A stretch of DNA of 64,000 bases from Catajapyx aquilonaris. Lineage: Eukaryota. The DNA lies in assembly GCA_000934665.2 (NCBI GenBank), contig KZ538167.1, positions 1 through 64,000 of the forward strand. Reading direction: 5' to 3'. A program made the position numbers and the translations under genes. Positions 12,001 through 24,389 of this stretch are shown piece by piece. Every line of letters begins with the position of its first letter. The stretch's first letter is position 1. Under the pieces are notes generated by a model. The model searched no databases, was not told the origin of the DNA, and saw nothing but the letters and a program-made list of their open reading frames with translations.

Positions 12001-15000
12001 AAAATAATTTGTTTTGGTTGTTTGGTTGGTCCCAAGTCAACAATATTGTGGTTTGCACTGTGTTTTGCAATATTGAAATAATTAATATTATTAGGCCTAC
12101 ATTAATTGCAATGTTACAGGTGGTTACCCTGAATGAAACAATTTTGCGACCAGTTTCATGCAGTTTTGGATTTATCAAAAAATTTTATTTTCGTTTTAAA
12201 TCTTATTCGTAATGTGCAGCGCGATCAATTATGTTAACTGCCATTGAAGCACGTCTATGTTTAATTATAATTCAGGTATACATAGTTCATCAACACTGGT
12301 TACAGTTTTGACTAACTTTTTACCCCCCAGGGGAAAAGTGCTAACATTTTCAAGCACGTTTGAGGAAGCGATGCCTTTTTACTGCCATGGAAAAAGGTAT
12401 AATCCAAACTCAGCCTGTGGTAATCCGATATACATGATCAGCCAGTACGCTCAATACAATGATAAAAACACGGGTCAAAAACAGGCCGCAGGTTATGAAA
12501 GTCCTGTTTTTTTCACAAAAGAAGACAACAAAACAAGCTCCATCCTGTATATATAAAAGTAGAGTCCATTAGTCTTTTGTTTGCAGAAAGAGACGAGCGT
12601 CGCCCGCAAACATGGCAGATTTCCACCTACAAAAGGTCCACCCTTTTGCCTCACCCAACTTGAACTCATCACTCGTAATTAAATGCCAGGCTGCTATGCG
12701 GCTAATGAAAAACCATTTGAACAGGTATGCAAAACAAGGCGGGAAAACGGCAAACCCGGGTCTGCAAAACCACAGCACCTCCAACGCATTAATTCCAAAC
12801 CCACTTTTCATTGCACCGGATGGTACTAAAGTCATGTTGGATCTGTACATACTACGTATAGTGATTACTGGAGGGGGGGAAATAAAAGGATTTCATCAAG
12901 CAGTAGCACAAACAAAGTCCTGCGCAGAAGATGAGGAGGAAGTTTCATCAGGAAGACCTCCCCGTGAATCAATTCGAGTAGAGAGGAAGATGAGGATGGG
13001 TGAAGGAGGAAAGGAGATGAGAGATCGGTCCAGATGTGCAACTTGCTCTTTTCCGGACGATCGAATCTTTGGGGGAGAGGAGGATGAAGTGGGTGGGAGG
13101 AAAATTAGAGGAGGAAGGAAGGAAGGAAGGCAAACCCTATATAGAGTGCAAACAATGCAGAAAACAACCTTAGAACGTAACATCTGTATTCGGCCAAATC
13201 GTTTTGATAACCAGAAAATGTAAGTGATTAAAATAGCTTAGTGCAAATTAAGCTATATTTTAATCACTTACATTTGCTCAAATTGCAAGTGTTTCATTTT
13301 AATAATATTGTATTATATAATGCATGTCGAACATTTATTGCAAAATTCGCAATTCTTGTGGGGAAGCAGTTAGTGTCCTTCCCAACCTCGGATGGATGTC
13401 CTGTTGTGCGGAGGCGTCGGAGGCGTCGTAAAAAGTCGTGTTCCGGGCATCGTAAATCTTAGGACGACACGAAGGCCCCCGGTTTGATCTCTCTCCGAGT
13501 TCCTTCTCTCTTTTCCCTGAGATGCACCTCACGCCTTTTGCCTTGCCAGATAAATCTCATTCCATTCCTCCAGTCTTCAGGACCACATACCACCAGATCC
13601 TTTTTGCTCGGTTTCAGGCCTCCTCGGTTTTCGCCAAATTAAATTTGCACGACGACCAGACTTTCATTTGGATACTGCACAGCCTCCCTTATTGACCATT
13701 ACTCTCCCGCTTCCTTATCGGATGCTGCTGGACCCTTTGAGACGAATCACAATTGGCTGCAAAAATTCACGGTCCAAACTAATTAGTGGACATTTTTGGC
13801 GCAGTGCGAATTAAATCGTTAACTGAAACTGACTTATTAATTGGAACTATGTGCCAAAATGGGTCATGACAATGACAAAATGTTGGTGCACTGTTAGCGG
13901 ATTAAATCACCATAACTGCTGTGGCCTGAGTGCGTTAACTCATTTTATTGTGCTGCGCTTTGCATTACTTCTATTTGATTATTGGAAACCAGCAATTACA
14001 TTGGCATTCAAATCAGGCTTCCTGATTAACTGCCTCTCTATTATTTATTAGTAAAGAAATTGATTTGTTACATCCCACCGTTAAAGCCATTCGGTGCAAT
14101 CATTATTATTTGTTAAATAAAGCTCAGACCTTTGTTACCATTGTTATAATGAGACAGCAATGACGAGGATATACATTTTAAATCTTATTCACTTTGACCT
14201 ACATTTCCATTTAATATTCATAATATGCTTGAATGGAACCGAATCACTTGTCATAGAAAAATGTTAATCCTTCAAAGGAATGGAGTTAACTATAGCTTTT
14301 TTAAAAAAAATTCAGTGTACTCCACAATTACAAGCTTTCGTAACATAATGAGAAACTTTAGGAGAATCCAACATTATTAGCCCAAAAGTTCTCGCCTCTT
14401 TGTGAGGCTTTTTTTTGTGTGTGTAGAATTCCTCGCTTCCCATACATGGCTACCCAGATATACATTTTTCTCTCTCTGTGAAAAATTGTTGAAACTCAGT
14501 CTTTTAGTGCAAAGTAACTCTAGAACTTTTTTTTTTTCTAGGTATCGTAACGGGAGCTGGGGCATTCACTTCTTGCACATTGAAATCGCCTTCACAATTT
14601 CCATCGGAAGTTTTCAATACTGTTGCAAAAAAAAACCTTTGTGTGCTTGTGAGCTTCGCGCCGTCCACATCACATTCAAAGCCATTTCTCTCTTGATGCC
14701 TGAACCCCCTGAAGGACTTTTTGGAGAGGAAAAAAATACCCTAAGGGACTTAGAAAGTACTTTTTTTTCTCCAAAAAAATAGAAGTTTTGCGCCTTGTCC
14801 TTCTCCTGTGGATGGATATTGATCTAAGTCCTTTTATGCGGCTTAGCATCTGCACCGAAGTCGATGGAAATTAATCACAGGGCATTATTTAGGGTGCGAT
14901 TTTTTTTCTTCTTCTTCTTATTCTCCCTCCAAATGTTGCTGTAAGAAGCAGGTTTTATATAGGTTGAGTCCAAGAGTGCTTCCAGAATTGATTGCCTCTC

Positions 15001-17014
15001 CGCCTCTTACTGGGGGCCCTGAAACAACTCGAGTGCGAGGAGCCACGGAAAAGTAGTTCTCATCGGAGAAACAACAAGTTTCAACCCCTCGGTATCTTGA
15101 GTGGCAGCCTGCCATCTCCATCCTTTTTTCGATTTTTTTTTTTTTGTGTGAGACAAGGGTGCTACGAAAGGACAGTTTTCCAGCAGATTTACTGCGACAA
15201 GATAAGAGGACTATTCGCTGTCACTAATGAAGCGCGGGTTTGATTATTGGTATAGGATATTATCAGGATAGTCCAGATAATGTCGGTCGGTGGTCACACT
15301 AGATTTTCCGGATTCTTGTTTCTGAACAAAAAAAAGGGGGATGACATGAAGTGTGCATTAAAGGATTTGTCGCAGGAGTCGAGGCGAGATGTGACCCAAA
15401 ATGACATTGTAAAAATATATTAGCGATTGTGACAGTGTAATGAGTCGGAAAAACATGGATTCTGGCAATTACTTAGTTTGACCAGTTTTTTTTATCAAAA
15501 ATCTGAATGGGAACAGCCTCTTTGTTGTGGATTTGATGAAATGTCATTCTGTATCGGATCAGAGCAACTACCTTAAAAGCGAACCACAAATCTGCATCGG
15601 AGACCTTAAAACGTCAATAGCAGAGAGGGATTATATGACATCTTCATTGAATCAAGCGACCGGTCAGTTCAGCAGGACAACTTTAAAAAAAAGAGTGTAA
15701 TTCTGCCCGTAAAATACAGGCAACAGTAAATCAAGCCGAAATGGACACATAAATGCCTGATGTAAGAGTCTGGCGGGATAGTTAATTGTCCGGAATATTG
15801 GCTTTAAATGCGCCGCTTTGATGCATTTGCAACATGAAACAGAAGCGGGCTTGGAAATATCCGCGCGGTTCTATTTTCCCCTTATTAATATTGCGCTGAT
15901 GACGTTTTTAGTTACAGTCATTATTTGTGTGCATTACGCTGGTTATGACTGATTATTTTCGACTGTGCGGAATATTGTCAATGTATTTTGGCACTTAATT
16001 TTTTGCGGGGTGGAAATACATGGCGATCTGATATGTATACGAATTGAGTGTCTGTCATCCGGCTCTGATCCTGTTGATTCAGGCCTTCCAGGGATGTTTC
16101 CCAAATGCACATCGCCACATCGGTATCAGCATGGTCTCGACATTATGCGGCTCAACACTGGTGGAAACGGCGCTTTTACAAATACCCTACTTTTTTATAT
16201 TATCCGAACCTGTCACGATGTCAATTTTTCACACTGTTTTCATATTATGAACTCCATATCTGGGTGGTAGATACATTAGTGGCTGCTGACCAAAAAAGGC
16301 GATTGTGTGTAGGAGGATCAATAGGTGTTGACCACCATGGTCAGACAAAAGTACTTTTAATTAACATTTAGCCCAGTACATTTTATTTACGGGGATTTTT
16401 AAAAAAACGCAACACAGATAACACACTTCCGAAACACCCCAAGGGGATAGGTGATTATTCAGCCATTTATTGGTTCCAACCTGTTCAGGCCACCCCAGAA
16501 GGACCATCTTCGTCCCTTTTCAGCCTTTGGCTCAATTGAGAGGGGCCGACAGATCCTTTCTGGAATCAATAAGGACATTCCTTCTCAGGTCCCTCGCGAC
16601 CTCCATACATTTCACAGACCTTTGGGTAGGTAGAGAATCAGCTTTTGGAGCGAAAAGGGGTTCCAAACTATACCGCTGCAGGTGACCAGTCTAGTGGATA
16701 GATTGGACCAAAAGGGATCGAAATTGGTCGAGATATCAACCATAAAAGACCTACACCTTGATGAATGTTGCGTGTATCGAGCTTGTTTTCATCTTATGGC
16801 ACTGAATGACATATTAAATCGTATTGACACTTATTAACTTTATCGCCAACAAAAGGGGTGGGAGCAATATGGCGGCAAGCTTTATATCATTTTTTTTCCT
16901 ACGAAAAAAAAAAAATAATGAAAAGGGGGGTGTATGATTAACTGTCCATTTCCAGCGTGGAAGCCCAACTTTTCAGCCATATTTTTAATCCGGTTGACAT
17001 ATTGGCAGTCGCTA

Positions 17015-17164
17015 CAGGGTGAGTCAGTATTTAGCTCAAAATTGATGCAGTATTTTCACAACAAGTAAGTAAAGTTGTTCCTACTTACTTTTTGTCAATT
17101 AAAAAAATATGCTTTAGAAGGGCTAATAGCTCGCATTATTTGAAGGATATGTTGGCTCCCCCTG
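17015..17164. mobile_element. MITE-like element, CAGGG termini, TA on both sides
   Basis: gcTA-CAGGGTGAGTCAGTAT ... ATGTTGGCTCCCCCTG-TAgc: 16 of 20 positions form an inverted repeat (flanks included); TA flanks as expected for Tc1/mariner-type targets. Confidence 0.6.
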
Positions 17165-20100
17165 TAGCTTAACACACGCTTATTACGCACGCTTTAATTC
17201 ATCTTTTATTGGCCCACCATGCATTCCTGGACGGGATTTACGGGCCGGTGGGGGTTATCCTTGGGACCCTTTAAGAATACCCCTTCACTAAAAACCGCCA
17301 CTTACACCACATTTTAATTACCGCCGGGGATAAGTTACACGCTCGTAAAAATCATAGGAGACATAGAGAAGTCTTGTTAGGTGAATTAATTTGCAGGAGA
17401 GTCACAACTTGATTGTCCTCCTTCCTTTTTATTGTCTCTCTATATATGACCTTCTTCTTGGTCCATCCTGCATGGAATCCGAGCCTTTGGATTGCGAGAA
17501 TCGTTTTGAGCAAAACCGCAACCGGATTATCCCCTGGTTGTCACGTCTCTCCCTCGGTTGTAATTAAGCCCGGCAACTTAATGCATCCGGGGATTCCTTC
17601 CCACGCCTTGTAATCAGTGTATATCAGTTTGTAGGCAATAATATACGCACTTGGAACCGGATTTTATTCGGGAGAAAATGGGCTTCAAGTTATGCCAACA
17701 TCCGGACAATCTAATGCTTCTTCATCAGGAACTGTGGGGTTCGCTAAAGGTGTAATTAAACAGTAAGTCAATTACGATCAAAAAATTCTAAACTTCACGG
17801 TTGGTAAGTTCATCCTGACAGCTAGGCTTCCCAATGATCAGGAGAGACTGACTGGTAGCTCTGGAGTGTTAGGATATGTTGCAAAAAAAATTCGCAATAA
17901 TTCTTGGCTTGGTGCGAATTTTGTGGCCATTTTTTTGGTGATCCATGTATAACTCGCAGGTTGATCCCTATTGCGATTCGACTCATCCATCAACATTGCA
18001 ATAGAAAGAAACTTTTCTCCTTACCAAAAGATGCAGATTCCCCCAGCAGACTTTGAGTGTTGCCAAATCGATATCCGAATGACACCCCGAGTTTTAAGTG
18101 AAGGCAAGTGGAAGCCTTCTAGCTTTTCATAGCCACCATATAGAACTTACTCCTGTGGAGCAAGTCTTAGACCTGGCTTACGCTTTTACTTGCACTTGGG
18201 GGTCCTTTTCATCCGTTACATTTGGCTCTCAGGCCTTAGTATATATACGGACGAGGTTTCGGGTATATGGTCTGAAATGTGTTTCTGAGAGTCTGGAAAA
18301 TTTATGCCGATTTCTCCGTTTTCGCATTTAACTCCGAGGCATATTACCGAAAATTAGAACTAAGGAGACTGTGCTCCAGGGCAAAACAGGGGCGATAACC
18401 TAATAAAGGCTGGATGAATTCTTAATGCTCTAATTGGAAGTAATGGCACACAATTGACTGCAGGATCATTTCGAGGGACGTTACATGTACAGGGTGATTT
18501 GCTGTAAGCAGTGTTCTATATAGCTTCATAATATACGTACATGAAGTTATAATGAATCGGAACTTGTACGATTTATTTCAGTTAGGGTTAGCACCTGCGG
18601 GGTAGTAGATTATCGTCAGAGGGAGGATCTTCTCATCCAGAGGATGTTCAGCATGACCACGGAATTTCGGTTTAGGGAGAGGCTTGAGATGGTAATGAGC
18701 GTATTACTCTGCTTCGAGGTAAACCAGACCCAGACCCAATAACACCGCCAGGCTCACACGCACATTCGTTACTTAGTTGGCTAGTAAATGTTGGAAATTC
18801 AACGTTTGCAGAAAGGCCACCTTGAAGAAAAAAATCCGTTATCAAATAATTTATCCAAACCCATTAATACTAATGAGATATACATGATGCAAAATTCTAG
18901 TGTGCCATGTGTATGATGTCATCATTTTTGAATCGGACATACCCCCCAAGGGATCTCCTGTAAAATGGTAGCAGTCCGGTCGGGCAGTCGCATTATCGCG
19001 CTAAACCAACTTTTCAAACCGTGATTACCCCGTTTTTGCAATGAGAGCCAATGATGCAATTATCGTATACGTGGGGGGATATTATTATCAGCAGCAGTGA
19101 TGGGGGGGCACAGCGTGTGTGTTTTTATACCTAGGGTAAAAGTCCGCATTTGAATGGGAAATTATTCTTACCTTGGGTGATGTGATTTAGTTATGATGCA
19201 ATCTGATTTTGGTGTTGGGGGGGGGAGGGGTGAATAAATTAAGGTCTGCAATTGGGACCGATTTTAGTGGCAATGCAGGCGGGGATCATTTCATTAGGGC
19301 CAAAGTTTTTGGAGGTGGGCTGCAAAAAAAAAATTGAAATTGAGCTTAACTGCGACAAATTGAAAGGTCGGGTTCGCTCAAATCCATCACTGTTGTCAAT
19401 GGAAGCTATAGAAACTGGGTTTTTTTTATTATTAAACAGCGATTTATTGCTGACTGAAAATTCGAGCTCTTGTTTACAGTAAGCCTCTTTTCGCAATCAG
19501 AGTAATGGAAATTATACTGCTGCAGCTGACAGTACGACTTTACTGAAGTGACACTGATTTTTATACCATGAGTACTGCCCCCTGCTTTAAAAAAACGTGC
19601 TTAAACAATCTATAGGGCCTAACACTTTTTTCCCCCAACACAACATAACTGTTGCTATGGAATGAAAAAGCTATATACAAAGATGGACCTCCCGAAGATC
19701 CAAGGGGAGTATCAAATTTTTGGGCGAAGACGGCACATAACGATGGTTTTATTGCCATCGCAAAGTGAAATGAAGATTTGTGAGGTGGGTTCGAAGCGGG
19801 TCGTAAATTTTTCTGCCTCCATTTTCTCATGAAATTCACGCCGCCATCTTGGTAGACGACTCCTCAGGAATGTTTATCGCCCCTAGCAACGTTGATTCCT
19901 TTCACAATTTTTAGCATTTTCATCGCATCAAAATAGGGTCGGTTTTGCCCATTAGTTCTTGGAAGATATGACATCCTCCAAACATTTTTTCCCCCCCTCT
20001 CTCTTTATTCCTTCTAGTGTCGTAATATGAAGAAAACGGGGACGGTCTGGAGATGACACACCAACCTGTGTATTTTCTTCTCAACTGGCTCTTTGTCACT

Positions 20101-22950
20101 CTTATCTGAGACGTGGAAGAAAATCGAGTCCTGGCTCTGCCTCCGTGACATCCAGATCTTATCGCGGATCCAGAGGATTTCACGTTCCGAGTTCTTTCTA
20201 AAATGAAAATGTGCCAAAAGTGTTGCGCACTTGTCAACAATAATAGGGCGGCGGTTCATTCTTCGAGTGAGACTGTTAATTAAAAGGAGGAATCGGATTA
20301 ATGCCAATTAACAGCAAAAGTGTGACCACAAAAAAATCAGTAGAAGGATGGTTAATTACACCGATTTTGCTGTATCAAACACGTGTGTAAATTAGCGTAA
20401 ATCCAACATGGGTGAAGGCATTTGGCCATTTTTTGTCCCCAGTATAATTTTGAGCGGGGGTCGTTTCCAGGTCGAACACCTGCAAAGGACGGGTGGTGAT
20501 CCCGAGTTAATAAATTTAATTGAATTGTTCGGGGAACGAACATAATCCGCGAGAGCTGTTGGTCCGATTTAGTTGCTCGCCTCTTGCTGCTTTTTGGACC
20601 AGGAGAGGCGGAAAAGGACAACTGACAACAACGATATAAGCTTTGTTCGATAGACGAAATTAAATTCTCATTGCTTGGTGTCGAGTGCGATTTTTTTTTT
20701 TTTTTTTTTNNTTTTGGGGGGGGGGGGGGCAGTCTCAAATCGATACTTTTGGCGCTTACAATCCAGGACAAAATGGAAATCACACCTCAATTAGCCGCAG
20801 TGCGTCAGATATTTTGTGGAAAATTTTAGATTGGGGTAAAATCAATTTAGGTGTATTTATTAGCATAAAATTCTGTCAGTTTTACTATTAATTAGATAGC
20901 GTTATGCAGGAATAATTGATCATACGCGATTTCAACATTAAGATATGATGAACAAATATATTTTACTATTCGATAAAGAGAAAGCAAAGTTTGCACGATG
21001 TTAATAGTGAATTTATGAGAAAATTCGCGGGTTTCTAATATTAAGCGAAAGCGAGGGTTTTGCTTCTTCTCACAGAATTTGGTATTGCAAAAAATATTCT
21101 AATTTCTGACCTTTTCTGTTTGACTTTGACGCTTTAAAAAACATGCACTGAAAATCGTTACGTACATTCTCTGCAATGAAAGGCATGCCCTTCAGTAAAA
21201 ATAGCGTGTGCCTTCCTTTAATTTTAAACGTTAGTGAAATATTTAGTGTTGGTTACGGCCCACCAGTATATGTATCCTGATGCTAGCTCGCAAACATCGG
21301 ACATTTTACTGAATAATAAAATGCAACTAATTTTTAAATACGGGAGTAGGATATGTCAGGTAAAAGTGATGATATTTTTTAGCGAGGAATAAACTTAAAA
21401 ATAGGCGGCACAACCACAAAAGATCGCCATTGCTGAAGAGGCAGGAAAAACCTCATTTTTAATATTGGTATATTCTGTAAATTATTCTGAATAGTTAGGC
21501 TAAATGTTTGGTTGGAAATATTGGTTGGAAAAATGGTTTTATAGAACGATTTCATGGTTTGTTTGCACCCACCACCAAATTACTGATTTCCGATTGGTCA
21601 CGGTCTGCATTTTTTTGTTGGGCAATCCTCCTCCTCCTCTCATAAAAACCTTCCCATCCGAAAATTTTGTGGACTCAAGTCTCAGTAAGGAAATTATGGG
21701 GGTGGTCTGGAAAGTATTCGGATCGAGGCGCGGTTTTGATGTCAACATGCACGGGGAATCGCGTTTTACACCCGGATTCCGCTCGTTTAGGATGCAACAC
21801 ACCGTTTTAGCGTGACTGGGAATGGACTTGCGGAAAATGGTGGGAGGGAAGGGTTGCACGGAAGAAAAAAAAAAAGTAATTGGACACAGTTAAATGCTGC
21901 CTTTTTAACCTCACTGCATGCTTTTTTTGTGCAACAAAAAATGCTTATGTCATGGCGTAATTTGCAGCTCGTTACAAATTGAATTGCTCTCTGTACTATT
22001 TTTTGGTAGGTTCTATAATCCGGTGTAAATGATGGGCAGAATCGTACAGGGTTCATTTTTTAAAGAGCTGAATCTTCTAGATCCGAAATAACGATCCGGA
22101 AGTGCAGACTCGTCACTTCCTATATACGTACAGGCTGGCTCACTTCCCAAGATTGGAAGACATCAGAAGTTGTTTCTTCATTGTTGGATCACCCTGTAGG
22201 CGAATCCGAATCCGGAGCGTTTGAGCACGTAGTTTATTGGTCTCCCACACAATTGTAACTGATTAGATGGCTGGAGCCAATTTCCAACGAAAGTATTACA
22301 CTCTTGTACACGTTTTTTTTCTTCTTCTTCTAAGCATATAGTCCAAGTTCATTACGAATCCGATTAATAACAATTGGCTAGGGACACCAGCTATAATTAG
22401 ACCTCCCAAAAACTTTCCATCTCCAGAGCCCCAGTTTATCTACCGGTTTTAACTCCCTTTTTCCCCGAGTTTTAAGTCCAGTGGCTTACAAACTTTTTCA
22501 CCCCAGTTTTGGACACACTCTGTGGTCAAGCCTGGGGTCAGTCCGCTTACGTGTGATTGTGCACCGGGACGTTAGAGAAAGGGACCACTGGGTTAGGGTT
22601 TTGGGATGTAATGGGATTGTCTCTAGTAAATGTAATGACAGGGCAGGTCCAACACAAAGGCAACGATGTCGCTTTGGTGTTTGCTGGAGGGCATCGTAAG
22701 CACATGAGTCTGAATTTGCTGAGTCAGATGAAGGGGGCCCACCCATGGCTTATCTTCTAGGGCGAGAAATAAGTACTGCTTCGGCAAATCATTTTTGTCA
22801 ACTGTTTATTATATATGAATGATCTCGATTTGTGGATTGAAGACGAGGTGGTTGGATGCTGGGATAGGTTTAGAAACGGGGGTTATTGGTGCCTTTGCGC
22901 AGCTCTGATGGAGTCAGGTGGGGGTGTTTCTCTTCCGAGCTAGGCAGAAG

Positions 22951-23212
22951 CCAGTCCTCTCCAACACCATCCAGTCGTCGCGCAGAATCCGCGCGATTCG
23001 CATCGTTTTTGCTAAACTTCCTGTTCTCCGACATATTTTTTTAGCGAAGATATGTGGGGTATAAAATATGTAAATTCCGGGTGGTGTGGAAAATATTGAT
23101 TGTACAATGTAGTGTGAAAAAAAAAGTTTTTGTAGTGTGTGCGAAATTTTTGTGCGTGTTTTTTTCGGTGATGTGTGCGGGTGACGGCTTTTTTGGTGTG
23201 TTGTCATGGACA
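22951..23212 (+). promoter_or_regulatory. Candidate transcription start and non-coding first exon, possibly of the SLC16-like gene
   Basis: Two Inr-like CCAGTC (22951, 22971) and a CpG-rich patch, then GT/T-rich UTR-like sequence ending at a consensus A|GTAAGT donor (23213). The link to the downstream gene is inference. Confidence 0.4.
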
Positions 23213-23967
23213 GTAAGTATCGCATGAATTTAACTTTTTGCGAGGGTTCATTTTTTAGTAAAAGGGATTTTCGCTCTTTTGAGAGAAAGTTTGAAAACTT
23301 TTTCTTTGCAAATTTGGTAATCTGGACATTAAAAGTTCGTCTTTTAAGTGACAGAAGTTTTTTGCTAATTTAGCTATTAATGTTTCTGCCAATATGTTCT
23401 GTGCAGATTATAAATACTTCGACGCTCTTGTCATTTAACTTGCGTGGAAACTTCGCGTTACATTACAGTACAATTTGAGGGAGTTATGGTTTACCTAATC
23501 CGCACAATTCCAAATCGGATTATCATATATAGGACAGTTAACTTATCCAATCTAGTAAAATTTCGTAAAATTATATTATGCAATTCTCGATAATTCAAAG
23601 CAAATAATTAATTTGGTGTATTTTTATCCAAATGCCATTTGGATAAAAATGCACCAAATTAATTATTAATGCCAACTATTATATAAAGGTTGTTGAACCG
23701 TTGAAAATAATTATTTTTGCTCCAAAAAAAACACAGACAATCGGGTACATCATGACAGGTCTCCCGGGAAATTCTAAAACCTGGCCCCTTACATTTATAA
23801 AAATATTTGCTACAAAATATAATTTGCCAACAATATGAGTGCTTACCCTCACATGCAAATTCGCTGTTTATTATTGCAACCGTTGTTTTTAGAATAAACA
23901 TGTCTACAGCGTTCTGATAAAATTATACTGACTTGTGTACATTTTCGTTATACATGGTGAATCATAA

Positions 23968-23991
23968 ATTATGATGATGATGATGATGATG

Positions 23992-24067
<76 letters not shown>
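23968..24067. repeat. Compound (ATG)n(ATT)n microsatellite, ~100 bp
   Basis: Read directly; explains the spurious poly-Ile ORF 23904..24101. Confidence 0.97.
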
Positions 24068-24069
<2 letters not shown>

Positions 24070-24272
24070 CCAAAAAGCCAATTAAAGTGCAACAAATCCA
24101 AGCATCCCTAACAGGTCACCGCGATGGAATCGGCCGTGAAATTGATGTGATATCATGTCATTCTGCCAAAATGAACTCCACGGTTCATTATTCATACAGA
24201 TGTATCGCCCTTTTGGATTTTGCAACATACCGGGCAATATTTTGCAGGCCCCGGTTTTGGGGGTTCGACACA

Positions 24273-24389
24273 CCGGGTGTTTCATAACTATTCGACCAAA
24301 GGATGTCTACCACCTCCAGTGCATTCATCCTAGCATGACGCAACCCAAATGACCAAAATGTGTGTCAGACTAGTTTGTGACACACCCTG
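24273..24389. mobile_element. MITE-like element of the same family
   Basis: CCGGGTGTTTCATAACTA ... TAGTTTGTGACACACCCTG-TA: imperfect terminal inverted repeats. The left end GGGTGTTTCATAA recurs at 48694. Confidence 0.58.

Noticed and set aside
12612..13223. Longest unassigned ORF (203 aa)
   Set aside because: Purine-rich low-complexity sequence with no recognisable motif or convincing splice structure.
19839..19852. Minus-strand CCAAGATGGCGGCG resembling a translation start
   Set aside because: ATG GCG GCG is followed immediately by TGA; kept only as a YY1-type word.
23904..24101. Poly-Ile ORF; likewise the ER/SL ORFs at 39233-39709 and IY ORFs at 62091-62456
   Set aside because: These are translations of microsatellites.
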